Shown here: in pieces, positions 52,368 through 64,000 of the stretch | How the letters are laid out: each line of letters starts with the position of its first letter | Position numbering within the stretch: the stretch's first letter is position 1 | Assembly: GCA_029717555.1 (NCBI GenBank) | Contig: JAMDHS010000055.1 | Coordinates: 62,001 to 126,000, forward strand | DNA from: Peribolospora baueri | Taxonomy: Eukaryota | Direction of reading: 5' to 3' | Length of the DNA stretch: 64,000 nt | Made by a program: the position numbers and the translations under genes | Notes under the pieces: model-generated | What the model saw: the letters and a program-made list of their open reading frames with translations, nothing else | The model's database searches: none | Told to the model about the DNA's origin: nothing

Positions 52368-53861
52368 CGGTGGTGGTGGTGGTGGTGGTGGTGGTAATGG
52401 AGGAGGAGGTGGTGGAGGAAGAGAAGATGGAGTGGTGAGGCGAGGAGGGGCGTGGGAGAGCGGGTATGCCGGGTCAAGAAGAAGGGAAGGAAGAAAGAGG
52501 GAAAGAGGAAGGGTGAGATGGAGTGCGACGGAATGGAGGGACCGGAAGTAGTGACAGCCAGATTGGCGGTCGCAGTCGCAGTGACCAGCGCTGGCCGATA
52601 GATAGACAGACAGACTCTGTGACAGACAAGACAGGACAACGCCAGCATTGCAATTGCAATATTGCAGTCCACCGCCACTACATGCTATGCTCTATATAAC
52701 ACACACCCACCCGGACCGAGTCAAGTGACGACACGACAAGAAACGAAAAGGAAGGTCCTTCCGTCGCCCATCGCCTGCTAGCCAAGCCACAGCAAAGCAA
52801 CACCCGCCGTCGACACCTCCACCTCAATCATCGCTTCACGGCAACGCCCCGGCGTCGTACGCACAACCGCGCGTTGGCGCCTCGGGAGCATGCCGCTTAG
52901 CTTCGCAGGACGCTCGACGGACCCCGCGGAGATGGATGCAGAATGGGCGAGCGAGCAGCCGGCCAGCAAGTCCGCCAGCAAGCAAGCAAGCAAGCAAGCA
53001 ATCAAACAATCAAGCAAGCAAGCAAGCAAGAAAGAAAGAAAGAAAGCAAGCAAAGCGAACGCAACGAGCGCAGCGCAAAAAAAGCCCCCGCACCTCCACA
53101 TTCGATTCGATGTGGACATGGATGGACAGCCTATTATTCCACGCCCCACGGCGGCGGACGACGGCGGCGGCGGAGATACGCCCCGGCGTAGGCGCTTAGG
53201 GTTTCTGATTCTGATTCTGATACGGGAAGCGACGTAACGAGTTCCGTTAATTACCTTCTTTCTTTGGACGACCGGACGCGGCGGAACGAATGCACTCCGT
53301 CCAACCATCCGTCGACGAACGAAGGAAGGAAGGAACGAAGGGCTACCGTGGGAGGCAAGGCAGGTCTCGACGATCTCTGTCCACTCGTGCGGTCGGATGC
53401 CAGAGCCGGTCGGCCAGTCCAGTCCAATCCACTACGCTTGTCGTCTCGAACCTGCATGCCGGCAAGGCGGCGCCGTACGGGATTCGACGTGGCGCAATCT
53501 CTGGCCAGCCTTGCTTGCTTGCCTACTTGCTTTCTTGCCTGCTTGCTTGGCCTTTCCTTCTCACCTCCAACCAACCGAACCGTTGTCGACATTCCCGGCC
53601 GACGCACAAGCACAAGCACAAGCACACTAAAACAAATACAGTCTGTACCTACCTACTCCGGCGCAAGCAACGTCCAAATAAAATGCGAGGCCGGCGTCCT
53701 GTCCCGTCCCTGTCTCGTCTTGTCCTGTCTCGTACTGACACGTCTCACCTCCGCCTCGTACGCGATTCAGGACGGCTGACTGGCTGGTTGGCTGATCAGC
53801 AGCGAGGGCATTGGCTACAAACCTTGGTCGCGGACGTCGGCCGCCTACGAACCAGACAGAC

Positions 53862-53900
<39 letters not shown>
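52368..53900. repeat. Cluster of microsatellites: (GGT)n, (GCAA)n, (TTGC)n, (GCACAA)n, (GA)n/(GACA)n
   Basis: Directly visible tracts at about 52368-52395, 52976-53052, 53511-53549, 53604-53625 and 53853-53900. Confidence 0.85.
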
Positions 53901-53901
<1 letters not shown>

Positions 53902-56900
53902 TGTCGCTCTGGCCCACCTGACTCAGTCCAGCAGCGCCCGGTGGGTGGCTCACTAACTAGTCGCCTCTTAGTTTAACACAATGTATGTGGCTGGCTGGCT
54001 GGGGCTCGGGCTGGGGTGACAGACAGCTCCGAGACCGAGACCTCCCCGCGGTCGCAGATTAGTATATGTAGTAGCGCCGGATGGACACCGACGAGCGAGT
54101 GAGTGAGCAAGCGAGCGAGCGAGCGAGCGCTGACAGTGCCCACTGAGTTTTACCAAACTTGTACAGTATGCTATAGTACAGCACGCACGGGCTACTACTG
54201 CATTACCCATCCGTACGACCTTCCCACATCCGATCCGATTTGTGTCCCCGTTCAAAGACGATCCATGTGCCTGGGAAACGCGAAACGTACACGCTCGGAA
54301 CTTGGCCGGTGCAACACCCGTCCGTGTTTGGAGCCGCGGTCGTGGCCGTCGGGACGAACGGCGTGTTGGAAGGGAAGGGAAGGGAAAGGGGAATGGCAGG
54401 CAAAGCAGGAAGAAAGGAAGGAAGAGAGGGAAAAAGAAAGGAAAAAAGGAAACGCCAGCCGGCGGGCGGGGCGGGCGCAAGGACACAAATGAGCGACCCA
54501 AGCCGGCATGGGAATCCCGCAACGCCCACTGTCTGTGCTTCCATCCGGCCAGTCGGCACGTCCGCCGCCTCCGAAGGTTCCCGACTCCACCGTCCGTCCG
54601 TCCGGGTAGACCTAGTGGATCCCTTTAGTTAGTTACCTTGGTGCTGTAGGTACATACGCGACGACGACGGCGAGAGGAGAGTAATCGAGTGGAGCGGAAC
54701 AGACACCGTAGTCGTCCACCACCACCTTCCGCCTTGGTCATCATCGCCACTACGTCAACACAAGCGCGATCGCCCGGTTCTCCGCCGCCCAACATAACTT
54801 TCCAAACCGTCGGTGTCGGTGACCCATCCGTCGGAATTCGCAGAATATTACCCGCACCGGGCCCGGCGGTATTTTTTTTGTATGACAACACCGCAACAAG
54901 CACTCACCCTTGTACGATAGGACACAAGTCGCGCCGCCCGTGCCTGCACCCGTCCCTCCTCGTCCTCGTCCGTCGTATCGCCCTCGCCCGTAAGCACACG
55001 AACAGTACACACTCCACTATCGGCGGCCGTCAGCCAGCCTGTCTGTCAGTCGCTCCACGCTCCAACCGACCGACCGACCCAAACCAAACCAATCCCATCT
55101 CTCCCCCCGCCTTCCCCTTCACCCTGTTCGTCCTGCCGCACCACCCGACTTGCCAATTCTCCTCTCGTCTCGTCTCTCCGCGTCCCGTCTACTGAGAACA
55201 GAACGCGTGTCCGAAGTCACTGCCACTCAGCCGTTGCTGTCGCGCCTCAACCACCGCTGACCTCTCTCTCTTTCTTCTGCTGACCCTTCTCTCTCCCTTC
55301 AGGTCGGCGCTCCTTGACGCTATTTTCTCCCTCCCTCTCACGTCAGGTCAGAAAAGAAAACGAAGGAGCCATACATACCCTGTGCCGCTTCGCGCACCCG
55401 TATGTGGAAGCGAGTCGTCGAACGGGAAAACAGAGAAAGAGCTGGATCGATTGGTTTGGTAGAGCATCCCTGGAGGATCACCACCTTAACTCTTTACCAA
55501 ATCAATCGATCCAGCTCTTTCTTTCTCTGTTTTCCCGTTCAACTACTCGCCTTCCGCAACACCGTATAGGCATAGGACCGCCCACATGCGGGGGTAGGCC
55601 GCGTGCGAGCTAAGCTGTCACGTGCCGCGAAGGTCCAGCGCCCAGACGGTCCCCGCTCGCTCGCTCCCCTTCCCGAAGGCTTCGACTCGAGGCGGACGAG
55701 AGAAAGAAGGACGAACGAACGCGACTGCGTGGGATGGATCCGGCCGTCGACGCTGACTGACTCTCTTACCGTCCGTCATCACGCCCACGCCTCGACTTGC
55801 AAGTCCTCGCCGACGCGCGCCCGCCTAATATGCGGACGTCACGTTACGGCCACGGCGCCGTCGCTGCGAACCTGGTTCTTGACCCCCCGCAAGCTGTTCT
55901 CGTTCTTGTCGTTCATGCTCTCGTTCTTCCTCGTCGCCAGCGCGCCTCTCCATGGACCGGCTTGCAGCTCTTCCGTGGGTATCCCTGCTCGGAAGCCACA
56001 GAAGAGCAACGGCGAGACCCGGAGACAGGCGAGGAAGGAGGCCCAACGACCGAGCGGTGAAAAGGGTCCATCGGTCGCTCGACCTGCCGTAAGTGAACAC
56101 ATCGGAGCAAGCCGGCATCCTCCTTATCGGCTGTCTGGCCTCCTTTGCCTCCATCGTCGTCAGCTCTGTCCGCAGAAGAAGGTGGACAAAGTCAGCCTCG
56201 TGAGTCTCCTCTAGTCTTGGTTTTCGATCATCGACTGGCTTCTCTCTCTGCTTGGCTTGAAACGGCGGCCGCTGCATTGTTTGGTGTCTGCACAATACCT
56301 CGTTGTTCCACATTCTCTTCCTGTCCCGGTGGCGCATGCCGATCCATGCTTGCAACATCGAGCTCGACATTTTCCCAAGATGACGTCCATGCCCTCGTTG
56401 GGTCTTGGACCGATCAGCGGCACACTTCCTCTTCAACTTGAGATGCTACCCTACCTCCTCCGTCTCTCGTCCTCGCTCGACGTTGTCCCCGCGCATCCTC
56501 GTTCTTTCTCTCGTTCTCTTCCTTCTCCGATCCGAATCGATGCGCGGCGACGCGATTCCCAAGCGCCCTTCCATCCGTCTTTATAGAGGTGGGCGAAGGT
56601 GAGAGCTGACGACAGTGCATGACATGGCTCTTGCGTGTCAAGAGTCAAAGCGCACGAACGCTGACGATGGACATGGATGGCCCTTTGAGGAACGAGCGAA
56701 AGCGGAGCAAATCCAGGTGAAAAAAAAAAAGGCCAGGCGGTCTACCTTTGTGCGTTCGAGAGGCGCCTGCGTATGCTTGCTCATGGGTTGGCCGGCCGGT
56801 GGACCGACGCTGAGTGAGGGGCGAACGAATGGCACTCATCCTTCCCACTGCGTATGAGTCTGTGACATGTATGAAGATCGGATTCTACCTCCTCGCTGAC

Positions 56901-58832
56901 CGCTCTTCGATCCCATCTGATAGGTGGAGAGCGGCGAATGGAATGCTTCCCTTGCTCGACGTCATCACTCACATGTCGCTCTTCCTTCTCCCAAACTAAG
57001 CCTGCTTGTCCAACCCGTTCAACTCATCAAGGTCTCTTCTCGACGCCCCCTTCGGGGAAACCATCCGATCCTCCGATGCGTCCCTTTGATGGAACTCTTT
57101 CTTGACAGCCAGCGTGGGTGCTTGGAAGGGATGGGTGGACGAGCGGGATTCTCCTTCGCTCCCTTGGCCCCATCGACATTGGTCCGTTTACCGGTCAACC
57201 CTTGCATGCGGCGGCCTGATCCGACCTCTGGCGGGGGCGTGTTGTGATGCTACGCCTTCCTTCCCGAGCACCCTCCGAGGCCTCCCTCCCGCCTCGCCTG
57301 GTCGCGATATCGCGACGCCGCCTCCCCTCCCTACGAGCTTAGCGCCCGTTCATCTTCCCCGGCCCCCCACCTTCTTGGAGACCTCGGTAGAAGGAGAGGA
57401 GCGTTGTGAAACAGGATGAACAGGCGGAGCTTGGTCGTCGTCGGAGGATCGATCGGTGGTCGACTGCGAAGCGAGTGGGCGTGGCCCGATTTTGACCGTC
57501 GAGGGGCTCGGTAGGTGGGAAGTCCTACAAGTACGAACGACCATGAAGGCGACGTCCGAAGCGTGTGTACGCTCTGCCCTACCCCCCGTGATGTCCGTCC
57601 GTTGTCTCAGCTGTAGAGCCCGCCAAGTCGCCGTTGCCGTCGTCCTCGACGTGGTACGTGCGCGCCATCTCTTCTGAGCTCGACCTTCCGATGCAAGTCA
57701 GCCAGCGAGCGGTGTGGAAGGAAGGAAGGAACGGAAGGGCGGAAGGGCGGGAAAACAGATTATCCGTGCCTTCCCCAGATTCGAAGGGATGGCTGTATCG
57801 GAGCCCCGATGTGCGAGCCCCCTTCCTTGGCCTCTCCCCCTTCCGGGAACCGGGGCTGGGGCCAACTCCACGTAGACGGGTAATCCGACTCCGGATTCCG
57901 CGTTCCGTTCGTAGACGGGAGGTGGGGGCGAAGAAGAAAAAAAGAGACGAGGAGCGTTGGTGTGGAGAGGCTTACGCGCCCCCGCACGGCCCTTCGGATG
58001 CATCCACACGACCGCGCTCGGCCCGAACGCGGGGTGTGGGTTGGTCACTATCCAACGAACGAGCTTGACGGACGGGAACCACGGCGGGCGACTTTGTCGG
58101 TCCTGTCATCGCTCGGAAGATCGGCGGCCGCACACGCCGAACAGACACGGCGGAATGAATCAGCGGCCAGGCCCATGGCCCCCGTGACATGAGAAGAACG
58201 AGTGCAGATGCACGCTGACATGAAATCGCTCTCTGAGCGTCGTGGACAAATAATTACACACAGCATGCGCCTGGGCGTTCGACGTCGCTGCACGCGACGC
58301 ACACATGAAGGGTGGATGTGGACGTTCGACCCTGTCTGTCGCTCGTTTCGTATAGCCCGACGGGGAAGCGACGACGGCGACGAGGGGCTTTACGGAGGGA
58401 TGGGACGGCTCTGCGCCGTGCTGCGCTGCGCTGACGACGAGAGGAGACGTGGAGCTCCAACGCCGGCCGGCCGGTGGAGGAGGTGGACGAAACAAAAGCC
58501 GGGCGGGTTGGGGTTGTCGGTCACCGGAGGGCGTCGTGGGCCTGACGCTGCTGCGGCAAGAGGGACTTACTGCTGGCGAGAGACGGCTAAACCCGTCCGT
58601 GCGGCGAACAGCGAGCGAACCTGCTCGTGAACGCCCTTCCCCTCTCTCTTCTCCCTTCCCCCACCATCCTTATATCCTATTCTCCAGCTCGCCGTTCCTC
58701 CTTCTCGTCCTTTATCCCCTCACCGAAGGACACCGAACCCTTCCCTCCCTCACCAGCCGCCCGCGCCCAGACCGACCATCGCGGATTCACGTTAACACTC
58801 GGTTGCCCGGACTCGCTCGCCTCCTCCAAGCA

Positions 58833-61693
58833 ATGGCGAGCGAAACAGATCTCGTCGTCCTCCTCCTCGGCATTGTCCTCGCAGCCGTATACCTCTTCCG
58901 AGACCGCCTCCTCGGCTCTCGCTCTTCCTTCGCGCGCCCTGACGCTGCCAAGGTATCAGCCTCTGGGGCTAATGGCAGCGCTGGCTTGGCGGCGGAGGGG
59001 AGCAGGAACTTTGTGGAGAAGCTGAAGGCCCAGGTGCGTATTTGCGATGGCTATGGGTGGGTGGGTGGTGTTGGGTGCGGAGGAAGAGGATGGATGGCTT
59101 CTGGGCCGGCGTCTCGACGAGGCGAGGTTTGTGGGCTCCCCGGTCTTGTCCGGAGTATCATTTCAACCGGTGCTCCTGTCCGGAAACCAGAAAGGGCGCT
59201 GCCATTACCAGATGGATCTCGGACCGCAGGAGATGACATCTGACCGTCTTCTTCTTGTCCATGTCGATTTAGAAAAAGCGCATCGCCCTCTTCTATGGTT
59301 CGCAAACCGGTACTGCCGAGGAATATGCCACCAAACTCGCCAAAGAGGCCAAATCAAAGTTCGGCATGAGCTCGCTCGTATGCGATCCCGAAGACTATGA
59401 CTTTGAGCACCTAGACGAGGTTCCTGAGGATACCGTCGTCTTCTTCGTCGTGGCCACCTACGGCGAAGGAGAGCCCACGGACAACGCCGTCGCCCTCATG
59501 GACTTTTTGAGCGACGAATCCGTTGCCTTCTCCAAGGGCGGCTCCGACCTCTCCAACCTGCACTACGTCGTCTTCGCTCTCGGTAACAGGACCTACGAGC
59601 ATTACAACGCCATTGGACGCAAGATCGACAGCCGTCTCACTGAGCTGGGCGCCAAGCGCATCGGCGAGCGGGGTGAGGGCGACGATGACAAGAGCATGGA
59701 AGAGGACTACCTCGCATGGAAGGACGGCATGTGGCAGGCTCTCGTCGACGAGATGGGCTTCGAAGAGGGCGGCGGAGGAGATAACCCCGACTTCAAGGTC
59801 ACCGAACTGGAAGACTACCCGGTCGCTAAAGTCTACCAAGGTGAGCTCAGCGCTCGCGCTCTGCTCGGCACCAAGGGCATCCACGACGCCAAGAACCCGT
59901 ACCCGGCTCCGCTTAAAGTCTCCCGCGAGCTATTCCGGAACAACGCGGACCGGAACTGCATCCACGCCGAATTCGACGTCGAGGGCAGCGGGATTAGCTA
60001 CCAGCACGGTGACCATTTGGCTCTCTGGCCTGTCAATCCGGACGTCGAGGTGGAGCGCATGCTCGCCGTACTCGGGCTCAGCGAGAAGCGCGACACCGTC
60101 ATCGGCATCGAATCGCTCGACCCCGCCCTTGCCAAGGTGCCCTTCCCGGCGCCGACGACGTACGACACCATCTTCCGCCACTATGTCGACATTTGTGCCA
60201 TCGCCAGTCGTCAGACGCTCTCCCTTCTCTCTCGTTTCGCTCCCAACGAGGAGGCCGCAGCCAAGCTAGCCCGACTCGGAACGGATAAAGAGGCCTACCA
60301 CGCCGAGGTCGCTTTGCCCTGCCTCCGTCTCTCCCAGGTGCTCACCCTTTGCTCCGGCGGAGACCCCTACGCGGACCCGGCCAACACGACGGTGTGGAAC
60401 ATCCCCTTCGACCACATCGTCTCCGATCTCTCCCGCCTCCAGCCGCGCTTCTACTCCATCTCCTCCAGCCCCAAGCTCCACCCAAAGAGCATCCACGTCA
60501 CCGCCGTCGTGCTCAAGTACCACCCCAAGGATGCCTCTGAGAAGGAGGTAGACGGCCAATGGATCTACGGATTGGGCACCAACTACCTGCTCAACCTCAG
60601 GATGGCCATGAACGGAGAGACGGAGCCCCTCATCGCTGCCCTGCGGTACAGCGTTCACGGTCCCCGAAGTGCTTATACCAAGGACGGCATGTGGAAGGCA
60701 CCGGTTCACGTCCGCAGAAGCAACTTCAGGCTACCTACGAGCCCGAAGATCCGTAAGTGCTTCCTTCCTCTGTTTCGACCATTGCTCATATAACGAGACG
60801 TGTGACCTCATTCGTCCATAAAATCACTCTTTTTCTTTGTCGCTCCGCCACCACTTCCAGCCGTCATCATGGTGGGCCCAGGAACGGGTGTGGCCCCCTT
60901 CCGAGGCTTCGTCCAAGACCGACTCGGCTCGGCGCAAAAAGCGATCGAGAAGAACGGCGATACGGCCCTCGACGACTGGGCCGACATGAGCCTCTTTTTC
61001 TCCTCCCGCTCCGAAGACGACTTTTTGTACGCTGACGAGTGGCCCGAGTACGAGAAGGCGCTTAAGGGCAAGTTCAAGCTGTTCAAGACTTTGTGAGCAT
61101 TGGTTTCGTTCTCTACCGTTCCATCGGCTGCGGCTCGCGTCTATGATTCGTTTTGTCTGATTTTCCTCCTCGCTCGCGCGGTCGACAGCACCCGGAAGAA
61201 TTACAAGCCGGACGGGGCAAAGATCTACGTTCAGGACCTCCTTTGGGACCAACGCCAGAAGATCGCTTCGGACATCCTCGACAAAAAGGCGTACTTCTAT
61301 GTTTGCGGAGAGGCGGTAAGTCGACATTGCTGCATCATCACTCGTTTCTGTCTCCCGAGTCTGAAAAGTCTTTTGTCTTCATTTTCTCTCTTACCTCAAC
61401 GGCTACCATTCGACGAGCAGAAAGGAATGGCGCAAGACGTTGAAATGGTACTCGCCAAGATCCTCGCCGAAGGCAAGGGCGTCGACTTGGCCGGCGGTCA
61501 GGCGCAGCTCAAGATGCTGAAGGAGAGGAACCGGCTCATCCTCGACGTCTGGAGTGAGCCCCTTTTCTGCGTCGCTTGTCCGCCCTCTCTTGGGCTTTGC
61601 CCGAGCTGGAATGGGCAAAGAGCTGACTTCAATCGTCCTCTTCTGCCGCGCTACCGTTCACGACGTTTGATTCCTTTTGCGCCTCCAGGTTAA
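58833..61693 (+). CDS. NCP1: NADPH-cytochrome P450 reductase
   Basis: N-terminal TM anchor, [75 protein letters not shown] and C-terminal LDVWS, whose last codon and stop lie in a tiny final exon. Confidence 0.96.
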
Positions 61694-62421
61694 ACCTCTC
61701 GCATTTCCATCTGCCTCCACCCCGGCTCACCGCCGACGAAGCCCCCGCCTACCGTCCTCGCCCTTGTACCACGTCCCAGTTTTCTCTCACTCGCGCGTGC
61801 TTTGGCGAACCGTTCCTGCAGTCCTTTCTACCTCTAGAACAAGGTTGTGTGCGGCTTTTTCGAAAGGGATGATCCTTCTTGACCTTACTGCGCGCTCGGT
61901 TGCTCGAGCAGCGTTTGGACGCGTCTCTTCTTCCCGGCTTTACTTGCTTGTATAAAGAGTTGCTGTTCTGTGCACGCAGCCTACTTGCTTATCCCAATAC
62001 ACGAATCGCATCGATGAACCGAAAACAACTACTCGACTAGAGCCGGCGAGGCGACGACAGTTGGGAAGGGAAGGCCGTAGCGGATCATACACATACATCT
62101 CCATCGTCCGGTCCTCCCTTCCATCAACGGTTGAATGGGTGTAGTCATGGGTTTGTTGAGCAAGGTGCGATAACTTGCGTCCTGAGAATAGCGGAATGAC
62201 GAGGGGGCCGTTCGAAAAAGACGTCAGCAAGCTAGAAGACTGTAGCAGGACTGACGAAGGTTGTAGAACGTGTGGATAAGGCCGAGCGAGTCGTAGACGC
62301 GCGAGGAGAAGTTTGGTTGCAGAGTTTAGTTGCCTTCGGCCGCACCATCCAGCCGCCTAAGCCTATACCATTCAATGACGCCTATATTATTTTATAACCT
62401 AATCAAGTATCAAGCAGATGC

Positions 62422-62501
62422 GGTTGGATAGTGTAGCGGTTATCACGGAGGTTTCTGATGAGTAATTTCCTTCAACCTGGGTTCGACTCCCAGTCCGACC
62501 T
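62422..62501 (+). tRNA. tRNA-Gln (anticodon CTG) with 8-nt intron
   Basis: Acceptor stem GGTTGGA/TCCGACC, A-box TAGTGTAGCGG, anticodon loop TT-CTG-A, intron TGAGTAAT after position 37, T-arm CTGGG-TTCGACT-CCCAG, downstream poly-T terminator. Confidence 0.9.
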
Positions 62502-62619
62502 TTTTTGTTATTCTCAATTTTAATTTATATTTTTTAAACGTCCAAGTTGCGCGCACCGGCGACCGCAGCATTTTCTTAAATCACCTCCTCGTCCCTCCCC
62601 TCCGATCATTCTCGCAACC

Positions 62620-63217
62620 ATGAGCGGCAAGACGAACGGAGGGCGTACGACGCCAGGAGCGGGCCTGTCGTTCTTTTTGGCCCGCTACGCCTCCCATCGG
62701 CCCGACTTGGCGACCATCAAGGCAGAGGCGGACGCTGCGATAATCGAGTATCAGCAGCGCAAGGAGAACCCGGTTCGAGCGGCGTACACGGACGAGGACG
62801 GCGAGCTGCTGCCCGGCTACACGCGCGGGCCTGAGGGAGAGATCATCGATCCGGATGGCTTCACGCTCGTGACGGGCAAAGGCGGAAAGTACGGACGGAC
62901 AGCCGGCGGAGAGGCGGGCGTGGGCGTCGTGAGGAAGAGGGCAAGGGTGGAAGAGGAAGAGGAGCGACCGAAGAAGAAGAAGGAGCTCGTTGACTTTTAC
63001 CGGTTCCAGTTGCGAGAAAAGAAGAGAGAAAGTGGGTTTCGTGGTAGCGGTACCGTCCTTTCATCGCTCCCTTAGGATCGGTCGCTCAAAAGAATTTTTT
63101 TCCCGGTTTTCTCATCCATCCACAACGCTAGATCTGGCCAACCTCCGAAAACAGTTTGAAGCAGACAAGGCCAAGGTGGAGCAGCTCAAGAAGGCTCGCA
63201 AGTTCAAACCGTATTGA
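62620..63217 (+). CDS. RRP7: Ribosomal RNA-processing protein 7 (C-terminal RRP7 domain)
   Basis: DPDGFTLVT...KKKKELVDFYRFQLREKKRE, then an intron, then LANLRKQFEADKAKVEQLKKARKFKPY-TGA. Confidence 0.88.
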
Positions 63218-63225
63218 ACGTTCCA

Positions 63226-64000
63226 TCAGCGTTCCGTATCGACGAGCTGCAGTACACTGTTCACCCTATCGGTCAAGGTGCGCACTACTTGGACGAGGGT
63301 AGACGGAGGCCGAGCGTCGACGCCAGCGGCGCTCGGCGTGTCTGAGGACGGAGGCGCGAGGTGCGATGAGAGGATGTGGTTTTCGAAGCCTCGCGCAAGG
63401 TACTCGGCCACCGTGAGCACGTCATGGTTCGCCGACGGCCTTTCATCGTTCTGCGTTTCCGCAGCAGAAACCCGTTTCAGCTCTTCAGAGGCGACGGGAA
63501 GGAAGGGGCGAGCCATGCTTTGTCAACATGGAACCGGGAGGTCGCATAACGGGAGTTCCTGGCACTCACCGTATCTTAGCCACTTGGCGAACTCGCCAAA
63601 CGCCACCTGCTCATGACCGCAGAGATCATCGAGCTGGACGGCAGTCTCGGCGGCTTTGGTTGTAAGGTTTAGGCAGGATGAGATGTCATCGGTGGCGGTG
63701 GAAAGACGCTCGTAGCGCATGGGCCTGTTAGAGGAAATCCAAGACGAGTGAGCGGCCCGTCGCGCATGGTATTGCACGGATGTCCCCCACATACCACAGG
63801 CTGCAGCCTTTGAGTTCGTCCAACAAGAGCAGAATTTGTTCGCATGCTGGAAATAGACTTTCGACCGCCGTGATACGTACGGTCCTCAAAGCGCTGAGAA
63901 CGGTGGTCTCCCATCGGACAAGGTTCTGATAGTCGACACGGGGGCTTTTCATGAACGTGCTGACGACGAAATGGCCAAGAAGGCAGGGTGCGAACGAGAT
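63226..64000 (-). CDS. APC4: Anaphase-promoting complex subunit 4 (3' part; gene continues beyond the window)
   Basis: LVRWETTVLSAL...ESLFPACEQILLLLDELKGCSLW and EQVAFGEFAKWLRY resemble the Apc4 long helical domain. Spliced exons. Confidence 0.65.

Noticed and set aside
52160..58630. Many 100-230 aa ORFs, including poly-His and ASKQ-repeat translations
   Set aside because: They are translations of microsatellites and low-complexity DNA, with no coding signature.
59411..60709. Long antisense and alternative-frame ORFs over CPR (similar ones over VPS13 and RasGAP)
   Set aside because: Shadow ORFs caused by high-GC3 codon bias.
4128..64000. Further scrambled or inverted genes elsewhere in the window
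   Set aside because: Conserved motifs in SEC8, XFP, ACK, VPS13, CBS, RasGAP and CPR occur in the expected order on a single strand, as far as I could follow by eye.

Overview
Intron-rich, GC-rich fungal genomic DNA, most likely a basidiomycete. Gene order: Derlin (+), a DUF1917/Bles03 (eIF4E-like fold) gene, exocyst SEC8 (+), RING-CH E3 ligase (+), a divergent phosphoketolase (-) / acetate kinase (+) pair, allantoate-permease-like MFS transporter (-), PIG-P/GPI19 (-), VPS13 (+), cystathionine beta-synthase (+), an orphan 7TM-like membrane protein (+), a C2/RasGAP protein (-), a ~6.8 kb microsatellite-rich intergenic region, NADPH-cytochrome P450 reductase (+), intron-containing tRNA-Gln(CTG), RRP7 (+) and the 3' part of APC4 (-). 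The main finding is at 1795-3908. The DUF1917 gene lies in four blocks out of order and on both strands. Re-inverting two adjacent blocks (2322-3569 and 3570-3840) in place rebuilds an uninterrupted, spliceable ORF with no base gained or lost. One of its introns holds two oppositely oriented Ty3/gypsy integrase fragments that form a 40-bp inverted repeat. Whether the scramble is real biology or an assembly artefact cannot be decided from this sequence. All family calls come from motif recognition by eye, not database searches.
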